Assembly: GCA_045863335.1 (NCBI GenBank)
Contig: BTVY01000028.1
Coordinates: forward strand, 1-64,000
Length of the DNA stretch: 64,000 nucleotides
Reading direction: 5' to 3'
Source of the DNA: Candidatus Hydrogenedentota bacterium
GTDB lineage: Bacteria; Hydrogenedentota; Hydrogenedentia; Hydrogenedentales; SLHB01
The translations under genes and the position numbers were made by a program. The notes under the pieces were generated by a model, which saw nothing but the letters and a program-made list of their open reading frames with translations, was not told where the DNA came from and did not search any database. Positions 19,071-29,394 of the stretch are shown here, in pieces (the stretch's first letter is position 1; every line of letters begins with the position of its first letter).

Positions 19071-19300
19071 TTCCCCCTCCGTTTCGCTCCCGGTGTCCCC
19101 CGGATTTGAGTTTCACGCCCCCGTGGCGCCAACTCTGAATGTACAGAAGTGAAGACGGTACGATGTGGCCGAGTGCGTAACATTCAAGCCCCGGGATCCC
19201 CCGTGGAACCCGAAGCCCTTTCCCCATATGCCCCGGTAATACGATGCACCCGCGGGGCGCGATAAGTCAATAGTTTGTCTATGCATAGGCCGCCTCCATC

Positions 19301-19329
19301 TTGACGTCCCCAACCCTTTGGAGTATCAT
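19301..19329 (+). promoter_or_regulatory. Sigma-70-like promoter of the porin gene
   Basis: TTGACG-N17-TATCAT. Confidence 0.5.
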
Positions 19330-19439
19330 GCCCCCGATAGTTCGGGCGGAGTACATGGGTACTCAGGGGACGTGGAACGCGGCATACCGTAGCGAACACC
19401 CCTCACGAACCTGTCACTAGCGGCGAAGGAGTCTTGACC

Positions 19440-21026
19440 ATGAAACTCTGGCGATTGATGTGTCTCATGATTGCGGCCGCAGCGGTCGTAATCCCCTGCA
19501 GTTTCGCGGAACTGCAGAATGTCCAAGTCGGGGGGGAACTTCAGATTCGCGCCATTTATTGGCGTAACGCGTTTAACCAGGAACAGGCAGCCGCGTTTGT
19601 CCAACCGGAAATCCGGTGGCCGGCCTTCTTCCTGCCCAAACGCGCCATCGGCGACTTCCTGGGCGGCCAGAACGTGACCAGCTACTGGGATTGGGATTCC
19701 CGGGATTCGGATTTCAGCGTCGTCGAGCAGCGCACCCGCCTCAACGTGGACGCCGATTTCACCAATGAAGTCAGCGCATTCATCGAACTGGAAAGCTACG
19801 ACGTCTGGGGTGAAGACTTCCGCTCCGACTACGTCACCGGCCTCGATAACCGCGCCGTCACCAATGACGACGTGGAAATCTACCAGGCCTACATCGAAGC
19901 GAACGAAATGTTCGGCTATCCGCTTCGGCTTCGGATCGGACGCCAGGAGATGGTGCTCGGAAGCGGCTGGCTCGTCGGCAACAACCAGAGCCACGTGGAG
20001 TTCCCGGGCCTCTCCTTTGACGGTGCGCGCCTGACCTACGCGACCGACTTGTTCAGCGTGGACGCCTTCTATTCCACCCTCTTCGAGAGCGGCGCTTTCG
20101 AGCAGGACGGGGACATCAGCTTCGCCGGCGTGTATGCAAGCTACCTCGGGCTCGAAGACATCACGATCGACGCCTACTGGCTCTGGTTGCGCGATGGGCG
20201 CTCACTCAACGACACGAACTTCATCGCTCCCATCGAGTGGCTAGAGGATATTTTCCAGCTTGACGACTACGACGCCACCAGCCTGCACACCGTCGGCTTG
20301 CGCGCCGCGGGTACCATCGCCGCGTTCGATTTCGAGGCGGAAGCGGCCTACCAGTTCGGCGACGCCGATCAGGTGGGCTTCTTGTTCAAGCCTTTCATCT
20401 ATGGCGATGACGGCGCGGACTACGACGCCTGGGCGGGAACGGCCGAAGTCGGTTACACGCTGGACATCATGTGGCAGCCGCGCCTCTACCTTGGCGGTGC
20501 CTATTTCGAGGGCGAAGACAACCGCGACCTCACCTTCATCGAGTGGTTGAACCCCTTCCATCGGCCCAAGTCCAGCGTGAGCTTCAACCGCCTCTTCTCG
20601 GACAAGACGTACAGCCACTTTATCGACGAGATCGGCGAATTGTCCAACTTCTGGACCGTCTACGGCGGGGTGACCGCGCAACCCACGGAAAGCATCGATT
20701 TCGGCGTGAATGTTGCCTATCTTGAGTCGCTTGAAGGCTTTGATCAGCCCTTCAATGTGAGCGTGGGCAACTTCAAGCTGCCGCTGGCCCCGGCCCTCAG
20801 CTTCTGGACCACCGGCACCGACGACGATCTCGGCATCGAAACCGGCCTCTGGATCCGCTACCACTACACGGAAGACCTGATCTTCGAGCTGGGTTGGTCC
20901 CACCTCTTCACCGGCGACGGCTTGGCCGACGGTAACTACAACGACTACAACGGTCTCCTCTTCAACGGCGGCACCGACGACGAAGACGCGGACTACGTCT
21001 ATTTCGACACGAAGCTCTGCTTCTAA
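19440..21026 (+). CDS. Alginate-export-family outer-membrane beta-barrel protein
   Basis: Signal peptide; EQRTRLNVDADF, IYQAYIE, LRIGRQE...G..WLVG, FDGARL; terminal Phe; AAGGAG RBS. Confidence 0.8.
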   Translation: MKLWRLMCLMIAAAAVVIPCSFAELQNVQVGGELQIRAIYWRNAFNQEQAAAFVQPEIRWPAFFLPKRAIGDFLGGQNVTSYWDWDSRDSDFSVVEQRTRLNVDADFTNEVSAFIELESYDVWGEDFRSDYVTGLDNRAVTNDDVEIYQAYIEANEMFGYPLRLRIGRQEMVLGSGWLVGNNQSHVEFPGLSFDGARLTYATDLFSVDAFYSTLFESGAFEQDGDISFAGVYASYLGLEDITIDAYWLWLRDGRSLNDTNFIAPIEWLEDIFQLDDYDATSLHTVGLRAAGTIAAFDFEAEAAYQFGDADQVGFLFKPFIYGDDGADYDAWAGTAEVGYTLDIMWQPRLYLGGAYFEGEDNRDLTFIEWLNPFHRPKSSVSFNRLFSDKTYSHFIDEIGELSNFWTVYGGVTAQPTESIDFGVNVAYLESLEGFDQPFNVSVGNFKLPLAPALSFWTTGTDDDLGIETGLWIRYHYTEDLIFELGWSHLFTGDGLADGNYNDYNGLLFNGGTDDEDADYVYFDTKLCF

Positions 21027-21045
21027 TCCGTAGCCGATAACCACG

Positions 21046-21084
21046 AACAGGGGCGCTTGTTACGGCAAGCGCCCCTGTTTTTTT
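21046..21084 (+). terminator. Rho-independent terminator
   Basis: AACAGGGGCGCTTG-loop-CAAGCGCCCCTGTT plus T-run. Confidence 0.85.
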
Positions 21085-21190
21085 GGGTGTCGCCGTTGGT
21101 AGATCTGCTCACTTATCCTGACTAACAACACACCAAAAATACAATTTACCCCACTTATACTGCACAATTTCAATAAAAACAATCTCCTGC

Positions 21191-21219
21191 TTGACGGCTC
21201 GAAAAATTCGTGGTATATG
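21191..21219 (+). promoter_or_regulatory. Sigma-70-like promoter of mcp-cheW
   Basis: TTGACG-N17-TATATG with extended TG and an AT-rich upstream tract. Confidence 0.5.
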
Positions 21220-21350
21220 CATGATTAGCACTCGCAATTGAGTGGCTGTAGAAGACTCCATCGCACACGACTGCGAATGTGTGAACCGGTGGGACCGGAT
21301 TCAGGGGGGTCCGTCAAGGGCGGTGGGAAAACCAGGGGGAGCGTCTACCC

Positions 21351-23366
21351 ATGCTCAACAAGTTAAGGCTCAGCGTACGTATCGGGGGCGGATTCGGCTT
21401 CATCATCCTCATCATGGCCGCACTGGGAGGTACGGCATTCTTCAGCATGCAGGGCGTACGAACCGGCGTGGAAATGCTGGCCAATGAGTACGCACCGGAA
21501 GTTAAGATAGCCAACCAACTCGAACGAAGCGCCTTACTGGCCATGTATGACATGCGGGGGTATGGTCTGAGTGAAGATACCAAGTACCTCGAGAGTGGCC
21601 GGGCGCAACTGGAAGCAGTTAGAACCGCGCTGAAAGACGCCGAGAATCTTGCGGCGAACAGCGAACATCTCGTCAAACTTGGTGAAAGCGTAAGTCTCAT
21701 TGAAGATTTGGAAACGGAATACGAGTCCTTGGTGGGTGAAACGGAAATCGCCATCGCCGCCATGGCCGGAAATCGTCAGACGCTCGATACATCCGCCGCC
21801 AACTATATCGAAATCAGCACCCGATTTCTGGACGGACAAAATCAGAAGATGGAATCTGAGATCGATGCTGCGCTGTCCGGAGCTTCGGAACAGGCCGCGG
21901 ACTCCTCCAAATTGAAAGAGCGCCTCACCAAAATCACCTTGGCTAGTGATGTTATCGACTTGGGCAACGCCGTCCGCGTGGGAACCTGGAAATCTCAGGC
22001 GGCACGCGACATGCAGTTCCTTGAAGAAACCATGAAGACGTTCGATGCGATCGACGCGAAATTTGCGGAGCTTAGACCCATCACCTACGACGAGGCCGAC
22101 CTAAAGGCTATCGACGAGGTCGATGCGGCGGCTAAGAATTATAAGCAGGCAATGACCGATCTGCTCGCCAACTGGCGCAAACTGGACGAACTCGGCGCGG
22201 CCCGCGGCAAGACTGGCGATGCATTCACGGCGGCTGCTCAAGAGGTCGCGAAGGCGGGTGTCGATGCAACGAGCCGGATATCGGAGGAATCCGACAGCGC
22301 CTTGGCAAACTCGGAACTCGTAGTCCTCGCCGGGATCGTGGTCGCGACCATTGTCGCGATTCTGATTGCCATCTACCTCACCACCAGCATTACGCGGCCA
22401 ATCAATCGCGTTATCGCCGGCCTGTCGAGCGGGTCCGAGCAAGTTTCCTCCGCCGCGACCCAGGTCGCCAGCGCCAGCCAGGAGATGGCCCAGGGCGCCA
22501 GCGAACAGGCCTCCAGCCTGGAAGAAACCTCCGCGTCGCTGGAAGAAATGGCGTCCATGACCAAACAGAACGCGGACAACGCGGGCCAGGCCCGCACCAT
22601 GGCCCAGGAAGCCCGGGAAGGCGCGGACCGCGGCCGTGAAGCGACGGAACGCATGTCCGATGCGATTCAGCGAATTAAGACGTCGTCGGACGAGACGGCG
22701 AAGATCATGAAGACCATCGACGAGATCGCGTTCCAAACCAACTTGCTCGCCCTGAACGCGGCGGTGGAAGCCGCCCGTGCCGGTGAGGCCGGCAAAGGGT
22801 TTGCCGTGGTGGCGGAAGAGGTGCGGAATCTCGCGCAGCGTTGCGCTGAAGCCGCCCGGAATACTGCATCCCTGATCGAAGGATCCCAGAAGAACGCGGA
22901 GAATGGCGTGTCCGTATCGTCGGAGGTAGCCGGGATCCTGGCCGAGATCGTTGACCGCGCCCAGAAAGTCGAACAATTAATCCAGGAGGTCTCCGCGGCG
23001 AGTACGGAGCAATCGCAAGGGATCGACCAGATTAATCTCGCCGTGGCTCAAATGGACAAAGTCACGCAAGGCAACGCGGCCAATTCCGAAGAAGCCGCCG
23101 CCGCGAGCGAAGAGCTTTCCGCCCAGGCCGAAAGCGTGCTCGAAAGCGTCGAAGAACTCAAGCGCGTCGTCGGCGGGCGTGGCTCCAACGGCCATACCAA
23201 ACTACCGGTTCGGCAGAACGGATCACCGCAGAAGAAGGCTCTTGCTTCGGAGCGGCGGTCGGTGCCCTCCCGGCAGTTGGTTGCCGTACGCGCGCCAAAA
23301 ACATCAAAGGTCAAATCCCCGGATGAAGTCATCCCATTGGACGACGAAGACATGGCGGACTTCTGA
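21351..23366 (+). CDS. Methyl-accepting chemotaxis protein
   Basis: Two TM helices flanking a periplasmic helical sensor; hairpin tip [40 protein letters not shown]. Confidence 0.95.
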   Translation: MLNKLRLSVRIGGGFGFIILIMAALGGTAFFSMQGVRTGVEMLANEYAPEVKIANQLERSALLAMYDMRGYGLSEDTKYLESGRAQLEAVRTALKDAENLAANSEHLVKLGESVSLIEDLETEYESLVGETEIAIAAMAGNRQTLDTSAANYIEISTRFLDGQNQKMESEIDAALSGASEQAADSSKLKERLTKITLASDVIDLGNAVRVGTWKSQAARDMQFLEETMKTFDAIDAKFAELRPITYDEADLKAIDEVDAAAKNYKQAMTDLLANWRKLDELGAARGKTGDAFTAAAQEVAKAGVDATSRISEESDSALANSELVVLAGIVVATIVAILIAIYLTTSITRPINRVIAGLSSGSEQVSSAATQVASASQEMAQGASEQASSLEETSASLEEMASMTKQNADNAGQARTMAQEAREGADRGREATERMSDAIQRIKTSSDETAKIMKTIDEIAFQTNLLALNAAVEAARAGEAGKGFAVVAEEVRNLAQRCAEAARNTASLIEGSQKNAENGVSVSSEVAGILAEIVDRAQKVEQLIQEVSAASTEQSQGIDQINLAVAQMDKVTQGNAANSEEAAAASEELSAQAESVLESVEELKRVVGGRGSNGHTKLPVRQNGSPQKKALASERRSVPSRQLVAVRAPKTSKVKSPDEVIPLDDEDMADF

Positions 23367-23423
23367 TCGAACGCGGAATTGTCGATTCAATTGGGACGAT
23401 AAACGGTCCCCGGGAGATGTGAC

Positions 23424-23939
23424 ATGGCAACTTTGAATGCTGGACTCGCAACGTTAGATGAACGCGCTGGCCACGACCTGGGCGGGCTCTATCTGACGTT
23501 TCATTTGAAGTCGGAAATCTGCGGCATCCCGATTCTGACGATTCAAGAGATCATCGGGATGATGCCGGTGACGAAGATCCCGAAAACGCCGGATTTCGTG
23601 CGAGGTGTGGTGAACTTGCGGGGCAAGGTGATCCCGGTGGTCGACTTGCGCTGCAAGTTCGGGATGGAATCCCAGGAGGACACTGAACGCACCTGCATTG
23701 TCGTGGTGCGGGTCGACCTGGAAGGCATGCAAACGATCACCGGCCTCATCGTGGACTCCGTGTCGGAGGTCGTCAATATCCCGTCCGAACAGACCGAGCC
23801 ACCGCCCGAGTTGGGCGCGTCCACACACTGCGAGTACCTGGACGGCGTCGGCAAGATCGGAGACAAAGTCGTGCTCCTCCTCGACGTGACCCGCATCGTG
23901 TTCCGCGGAGAGGCGGCCCCGGAAGAAGAACAAATGTAG
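23424..23939 (+). CDS. cheW: Chemotaxis coupling protein CheW
   Basis: YLTFHL..E..GIPI..IQEII, T.IP.TPDFVRGVVNLRGKVIPVVDLR, GLIVDSVSEV. Confidence 0.93.
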   Translation: MATLNAGLATLDERAGHDLGGLYLTFHLKSEICGIPILTIQEIIGMMPVTKIPKTPDFVRGVVNLRGKVIPVVDLRCKFGMESQEDTERTCIVVVRVDLEGMQTITGLIVDSVSEVVNIPSEQTEPPPELGASTHCEYLDGVGKIGDKVVLLLDVTRIVFRGEAAPEEEQM

Positions 23940-23973
23940 TACGGGGACCCAAGCAAAAGCGATGCGTGGCATT

Positions 23974-24016
23974 GAGAACTGCAGCGGCCGATTGTGCCGC
24001 TGCAGTTCTCTCTTTG
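23974..24016 (+). terminator. Rho-independent terminator after cheW
   Basis: GAGAACTGCAGCGGC-loop-GCCGCTGCAGTTCTC-TCTTT. Confidence 0.75.
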
Positions 24017-24127
24017 TATCGCGCTCTATGCTTCCAAGTCGAACACCGGATCTTAGGACATCAGGTGGTCAGGGAGCATTGGACTAGCGTATAATCATTT
24101 ATTGCAGGCGACACCGGAGGTCTAAGG

Positions 24128-24361
24128 ATGGCACGAGCAATCGCCGAGATCGAGAAAGACATACGAGCGCTTTCGCTGGATGAGAAGCATAACTTATTGC
24201 GGACCCTGATCGAAGAACTCGACACGCCAGCCGATCGAGACGTCGAGCACGCCTGGATCGAGGAATCGCAGCGGCGGTATCGCGAAATCCTTGAAGGCAC
24301 CGTCAAGGGCGTGCCAGGGCCGCTCGTATTCGAGCGCCTGAGGGCCCGGCGTAAGGAATGA
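24128..24361 (+). CDS. Addiction-module antitoxin (TIGR02574-like)
   Basis: 77 aa, LSLDEK..L...LIEELD...VEHAWIEE..RRY.EI..G.V..VP; TATAAT at 24090-24095; ATGA overlap with the toxin. Confidence 0.85.
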   Translation: MARAIAEIEKDIRALSLDEKHNLLRTLIEELDTPADRDVEHAWIEESQRRYREILEGTVKGVPGPLVFERLRARRKE

Positions 24362-24653
24362 ACTACGAGTTTCACCCCGAGGCGGAATCGGAACTTATTG
24401 AATCGGCAGCGCACTACGAGTTATCAGTGCGGGGCTTGGGCAGCGGTTCGGCGACGAGAGCGAACGCGTCATAGAATTGTTGCTTGAGAATCCAAACCTG
24501 GGCGCCGTTGTTGACAACGAGATTCGTCACTTCCTGCTCCGGCGGTTCCCCTACGCAATAGTCTATGCTATCCTCCGCGAGGATCTATACATCATCGCAA
24601 TTGCTCACGGCAGTCGACGACCGGGATACTGGCGAAGACGTTTGGACCGCTGA
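24358..24653 (+). pseudogene. RelE/ParE-family toxin with a 1-bp frameshift
   Basis: MNYEFHPEAESELIESAAHYE...GLG, then after a frame change near 24438-24441 QRF...NPNLG...RHFLLRRFPYAIVY...IIAIAHGSRRPGYWRRR*. Confidence 0.85.
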
Positions 24654-24680
24654 CTTCACTGCACCGACAACCACGATTGC

Positions 24681-24746
24681 ATAGAATTGTTTGAGGCGCA
24701 CGGCATCGGCAAACGCAAGATGAAAATCAAGCGACTTCTGGATTGA
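24681..24746 (+). pseudogene. C-terminal remnant of a small conserved protein
   Basis: ELFEAHGIGKRKMKIKRLLD* with no start or N-terminal part; resembles the 'HWYEAHGIG..E.K.K' C-terminus of a small-protein family (from memory). Confidence 0.5.
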
Positions 24747-24751
24747 GGTAT

Positions 24752-24940
24752 ATGGCAAAACCGACCCAAGATTTCGTCATCTGCATCGAGAACAAGGACG
24801 GCGAACACCTTGAGAAACGAAAGGTCTATAGAACCTTGCCGGACACCAAGTCCGAGCAGCGTAGTTGAATTCGCGTGATCGATGAATCTGGGGAGGACTA
24901 CCTCTATCCGATTTTATAATTCATCCCTGTCCAAACTCCA
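24752..24940 (+). pseudogene. Small conserved hypothetical protein with two in-frame stops
   Basis: GAGG RBS; MAKPTQDFVICIENKDGEHLEKRKVYRTLPD...*IRVIDESGEDYLYPIL*FIPV; TGA 24866-24868, TAA 24917-24919; 3' end approximate. Confidence 0.6.
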
Positions 24941-24991
24941 CACGAGCGATTCGGCGATCTGGTTTGTTTGGTTGTGCCCGGGGAATTGCCC

Positions 24992-26488
24992 ATGCAAAAG
25001 GACCAACTCACGTTTCATTTGACACGCCGAGGTCTCGAATCCTGGAGTGAGGAGTCCGACGCTTTCTCGCAGGATTTCATTCACTCCTTAGGCCTGAAGG
25101 TTCAAAGCGGCTGCTGGTGCGATATCGATCTTGACGCACCAGTAATCCACGATTTCATCAAGAAGGCGTGGAAGCTCATCGCGGGAGGCAAGGCAGAGTT
25201 CTATGGATGCAATATGTTGCGGCAGAGACTCGTCGAGGATGGCACGAATCAATTCGATTGGTACTATCTCCGACCGAGCTTCGACTTCGCCCCTAGCTAC
25301 CAAAGCGACGGTGTCGCAACAATCAAGGCCTATACAATGCCGCCGAACTCCCATGTGGCGGGGTGGAACATCGCATACGCGTCGGAGCGTTTCAAGTCCA
25401 TTGTTGAGGAGCACGACCTGACCGGTCTTGATTTCGTTTGGGTAAAGGATACAGGAAAGTTCAGAGCCTTGCAGTGGTTCATTCCTGTCGCGCTACGTCC
25501 TCTGGGCAGAGGGGTGGACCACCCGTGGTTCAATCCAGCCACGCTCAAGGGAGACGATAGCTGGCAGCCGCGGTTGCCCCAGTTGCGTACCGGAGTCTGG
25601 TGTTTCGACCATACTCAATTGAAACCGGGGCTACATTTCGAGAACCCTATTCATGCCATGATTTTTGACCTGTACAATGCGTCTCCACCCACTTTCATGA
25701 GTCTCGAAATCCGTTCGTATCTCCGGTTCTTGCGCGCCCACATCCCTGAGACAGACTTTGCGTTTGTATGGCGAGGCGGAGATATCAAATTGAAAGGGGT
25801 AACGCTGAGACAAAAGGGCCTTTGCATGAATCGGAAGGCAAGGGACATTCTCCTCGAACATCGAGTCGTCTCCGAAGACGAACTGGAACCGATCTTGCTA
25901 CTCGACGATGTTCCCGACGGGTGCAAGTTGCTAGATGGCATAGGGCCGTTGCCAAACCCCGTATTAACACCGGCTGAGATCGAGGACCTTAAACAGAAGC
26001 TCGCCTCCGATTGGCAGAAGCACCTGCTCGTAGAAAAGCCCGTCCGCGCAGTGTCAATGAAGGAGGTGCTTAAGCATCTTCGAAGAGAAAAGAAGAAGCG
26101 GCCAGAAGATTTCGCAAAAGGAATGGGCCGGACGAAAGGTTCAAACTTAGATTCAGGTTTGGCGAGTAATTGGCTGGCCATCCTATCCGTAAGCGACGGC
26201 TGCCGTCTTAACAGGGAGTGTACGCTCGTCTCGACAGACGAGATGGCGGACTTATACGAAGAGAAAAGCGAACTGGTGTCATCGGCGTTCGATGAGTACC
26301 CCTATGACTGCGCCCACATTCCAGTCGGGACGGCTATCGACGGGGACTGGTTTTCACTGGAATCGAAGAGCTCCGTGGCAGTCGATAGCAGAGTCTTTCG
26401 CGTCAGTCACGAGGACTTGAGTATTGTCTTCGAGTGGCCCTCGATCCCACTTTTCCTCTTTGACATGCTAACCGGCTTCTATGATTGA
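24992..26488 (+). CDS. Hypothetical protein, putative immunity protein with a C-terminal SMI1/KNR4 (SUKH)-like domain
   Basis: Internal ASERFKSIVEEHDLTGLDF (Imm11/DUF1629-like); C-terminal L..SDG...IPVG...DGDWF.L...VFRVSHE...WPSI..FL; visibly lower GC than flanks. Confidence 0.55.
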   Translation: MQKDQLTFHLTRRGLESWSEESDAFSQDFIHSLGLKVQSGCWCDIDLDAPVIHDFIKKAWKLIAGGKAEFYGCNMLRQRLVEDGTNQFDWYYLRPSFDFAPSYQSDGVATIKAYTMPPNSHVAGWNIAYASERFKSIVEEHDLTGLDFVWVKDTGKFRALQWFIPVALRPLGRGVDHPWFNPATLKGDDSWQPRLPQLRTGVWCFDHTQLKPGLHFENPIHAMIFDLYNASPPTFMSLEIRSYLRFLRAHIPETDFAFVWRGGDIKLKGVTLRQKGLCMNRKARDILLEHRVVSEDELEPILLLDDVPDGCKLLDGIGPLPNPVLTPAEIEDLKQKLASDWQKHLLVEKPVRAVSMKEVLKHLRREKKKRPEDFAKGMGRTKGSNLDSGLASNWLAILSVSDGCRLNRECTLVSTDEMADLYEEKSELVSSAFDEYPYDCAHIPVGTAIDGDWFSLESKSSVAVDSRVFRVSHEDLSIVFEWPSIPLFLFDMLTGFYD

Positions 26489-26561
26489 ATTGAGCAGTGC
26501 GCTAGAACGCTCTATATCAAATCTAGAAGATGCGGAATCAAGGTTTCCGCAGTACGTCTGC

Positions 26562-26597
26562 AAAAAAGGCCCCGCGTGCTCTCCACACGCGGGGCTT
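26562..26597 (-). terminator. Rho-independent terminator of clpB
   Basis: GCCCCGCGTG-loop-CACGCGGGGC with an A6 run on + (U-run on -). Confidence 0.8.
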
Positions 26598-26621
26598 CAT
26601 AATGCCCGACTATATTCCGGT

Positions 26622-29219
26622 TCATGCCGCTTCTGACACCTTGGTTTTAAACGACATCGCGCCGTCCTCGGCATCGGCGACCACCTTACTGCCTTCGGTG
26701 ACCTTGCCTTGGAGGATTTCCATGGCGAGCGGGTCGAGAACCATCCGTTGAATCGCTCGCTTGAGCGGGCGCGCGCCGTAGGTCGGGTCGAAGCCGTGTT
26801 CGGCGAGCAGGTCGCGGGCGGCGTCGGTGAGTTCGACGGTGATCCGCTTCTCGGCGAGGCGCTTGGCCAACCGCTTCAACTGCACGTCGACGATGCTCCG
26901 AATGTGCTCCTTCTTGAGCGGGTGGAACACGACGATGTCGTCGATCCGGTTCACGAACTCGGGCCGGAAGGCTTTGCGCAGGGCGCTCAACACTTCCTCG
27001 ACCTTCTCTTCCTCCGTGCCGCTCGCGCGCTGGAACACCTCGCTGCCGAGGTTGGAGGTCATGATCACGACCGTGTTCTTGAAGTCCACGGTGCGGCCCT
27101 GGCTGTCCGTGATGCGGCCGTCGTCGAGCAGTTGCAGCAAGACATTGAACACGTCCGGATGCGCCTTCTCGATTTCGTCGAACAGCACGACGCTGTAGGG
27201 ACGCCGCCGGACCGCTTCGGTCAATTGGCCGCCTTCGTCGTATCCCACGTATCCCGGAGGCGCGCCGATAAGCCGCGACACGGAGAACTTCTCCATGTAT
27301 TCGCTCATGTCGATGCGAACCATGGCGTTCTCGTCGTCGAACAGCAGCTCGGCGAGCGTCCGGGCCAACTCCGTCTTACCAACACCGGTCGGACCCAGGA
27401 AGATGAATGAACCAATGGGACGCTCCGGTTCCTTGAGGCCGGCGCGCGCACGGCGCACCGCGTCTGACACCACGCGGATGCCTTCTTCCTGGCCGATCAC
27501 GCGTTCGCTGAGGCGCTCTTCCATCTTGAGCAGGCGTTCCATCTCCCCTTCCATCATCTTGGTCACGGGGATGCCGGTCCAGTTGGACACGATCTTCGCA
27601 ATGTGCTCCTCGGTCACTTCTTCCTTCAGGAAGCTGCCTTCCTTCTGGATCTCGTGAAGCTGCTGCTCCAAATCCGCCGATATCTTCTGCAACTCGGTGA
27701 TCGTGCCGTAACGGATCTGGGCGACTTTGTTCAGGTCGCCCGCGCGCTCCGCGATTTCTTCCTGACGCTTCGCTTCGTCGATCTCTTCCTTCACCTTGCG
27801 GATTGCGTTAATAGCTTCTTTCTCGTGCTGCCACTGCGCCTTCTTCGCGTTCAGTTCTTCCCGAAGGTTGGCCAGTTCACGTTCGATGCCTTCCCGCTGT
27901 TCGCGGCCGGCTTTGTCGGTTTCCTTCTTCAAGGCTAAGTGCTCGATCTCGAGCTGACGGATACGGCGGTCCAACACGTCGATCTCGTAGGGCATGCTGT
28001 CGATCTCGATACGCAACCGCGACGCGGCTTCGTCGACCAGGTCAATGGCCTTGTCCGGCAGGAACCGATCCGAAATATAGCGATTGCTCAATACGGCCGC
28101 AGCGACAAGCGCGCTGTCCTGAATGCGAACGCCGTGGTGCACTTCGTAGCGCTCCTTGAGTCCGCGCAGGATGGCGATACTGTTCTCCACATCCGGTTCG
28201 CTGGCAAACACCGGTTGGAACCGGCGCTCCAGGGCCGCGTCCTTCTCGACGTGTTTGCGGTACTCGTCCAGCGTGGTCGCGCCGATGCAATGCAGTTCAC
28301 CCCGCGCGAGCGCAGGCTTAAGCATGTTCGACGCATCCATCGCACCCTCGGCCGAACCCGCACCGACAAGGGTATGCAACTCGTCAATGAACAGGATGAT
28401 GTTGCCTTCCGCCTCTTCAACGGAACGGAGCACGGCCTTCAGCCGATCCTCGAATTCGCCGCGGAACTTTGAACCCGCGATCAACGCGCCGAGATCCAAC
28501 TGGGCTACGCGCTTGTTCTTCAACCCTTCCGGCACGTCGCCGGCCACGATGCGTTGGGCGAGCCCCTCGACGATGGCGGTCTTCCCCACCCCGGGTTCAC
28601 CGATGAGCACGGGATTGTTTTTCGTGCGGCGCGACAAGACCTGGATGACGCGGCGAATCTCTTCGTCGCGCCCAATCACCGGATCGAGTTTCCCCGCGCG
28701 GGCGAGTTGGGTGAGGTCGCGGCTGTACTTCTCCAGCGCTTCGTAGGTGTCTTCCGCGTTGGGATCGGTGACGCGTTGCGAACCGCGCACTTCTTTCAGT
28801 GCATGCAACACCGCGTCGTGCGTCACGCCGGCCTGCTTCAACAGATCCGCCGCGGGATCGTTGCGCAGGTCGATCAACCCCATCAGGATATGCTCCGTGC
28901 TGAGGTATTCGTCCTTCAGTTTTTGCGCGACTTTCCAGCCTGCGTTGAGGGCCTGCTGGGCCTGGTTACCCAACCCCGGCTGGCCGGAGCCGCCGGATAC
29001 GTGCGGCAATCCTTTGATGCGCTCCTGCGTTTGCGCGCGCAGCCCGTCCACGGGCACGCCCAGCCGCTGCAGGATCGACGACACGACGCCGCGCTCCTGA
29101 CCGAGCAATGCATCGAGCAGGTGCAGCGTCGTAATCTCCGGGTTGCCCCGGTCGGATGCGGAATCCATTGCCTCCGACAGGGCCTCCTGCGCTTTAATGG
29201 TCAATTTGTCCAGTCTCAT
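26622..29219 (-). CDS. clpB: ATP-dependent chaperone ClpB
   Basis: Clp-N repeats; two AAA+ modules GEPGVGKT and GPTGVGKT; long coiled-coil M domain; GYVG pore loop; 865 aa. Confidence 0.97.
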   Translation of the reverse strand: MRLDKLTIKAQEALSEAMDSASDRGNPEITTLHLLDALLGQERGVVSSILQRLGVPVDGLRAQTQERIKGLPHVSGGSGQPGLGNQAQQALNAGWKVAQKLKDEYLSTEHILMGLIDLRNDPAADLLKQAGVTHDAVLHALKEVRGSQRVTDPNAEDTYEALEKYSRDLTQLARAGKLDPVIGRDEEIRRVIQVLSRRTKNNPVLIGEPGVGKTAIVEGLAQRIVAGDVPEGLKNKRVAQLDLGALIAGSKFRGEFEDRLKAVLRSVEEAEGNIILFIDELHTLVGAGSAEGAMDASNMLKPALARGELHCIGATTLDEYRKHVEKDAALERRFQPVFASEPDVENSIAILRGLKERYEVHHGVRIQDSALVAAAVLSNRYISDRFLPDKAIDLVDEAASRLRIEIDSMPYEIDVLDRRIRQLEIEHLALKKETDKAGREQREGIERELANLREELNAKKAQWQHEKEAINAIRKVKEEIDEAKRQEEIAERAGDLNKVAQIRYGTITELQKISADLEQQLHEIQKEGSFLKEEVTEEHIAKIVSNWTGIPVTKMMEGEMERLLKMEERLSERVIGQEEGIRVVSDAVRRARAGLKEPERPIGSFIFLGPTGVGKTELARTLAELLFDDENAMVRIDMSEYMEKFSVSRLIGAPPGYVGYDEGGQLTEAVRRRPYSVVLFDEIEKAHPDVFNVLLQLLDDGRITDSQGRTVDFKNTVVIMTSNLGSEVFQRASGTEEEKVEEVLSALRKAFRPEFVNRIDDIVVFHPLKKEHIRSIVDVQLKRLAKRLAEKRITVELTDAARDLLAEHGFDPTYGARPLKRAIQRMVLDPLAMEILQGKVTEGSKVVADAEDGAMSFKTKVSEAA

Positions 29220-29263
29220 TGCTGAGTTCCTCCTCTCAAACAGAATACATCGGTTTGGTTAAG

Positions 29264-29279
29264 GCAAGCGATGTGCCAA
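29264..29279 (-). promoter_or_regulatory. Sigma-54 (-24/-12) promoter upstream of clpB
   Basis: Minus strand TTGGCAC-ATCGC-TTGC matches TGGCAC-N5-TTGC, 44 nt before the ATG. Confidence 0.7.
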
Positions 29280-29394
29280 GGAGAGGTTGTTGAAAAACAC
29301 GGACTTACACGGACGCACACGGACCGCGAAATGGGGAGATGTGTCAGTTTGAAGCGGTTGCGTTCGGGTTTGGAGCAAATGGACTTACGGGGTG

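Noticed and set aside
19071-19300. Riboswitch in the long leaders of the PKD-FGE gene (also the mcp leader 21250-21350)
   Set aside because: GC-rich pairing is possible, but I recognised no conserved aptamer motif; an Rfam scan would be needed.
24866-24868. Selenocysteine or recoded TGA
   Set aside because: A second in-frame TAA follows, no SECIS-like hairpin is evident, and other genes in the window use TGA as stop; pseudogene is simpler.
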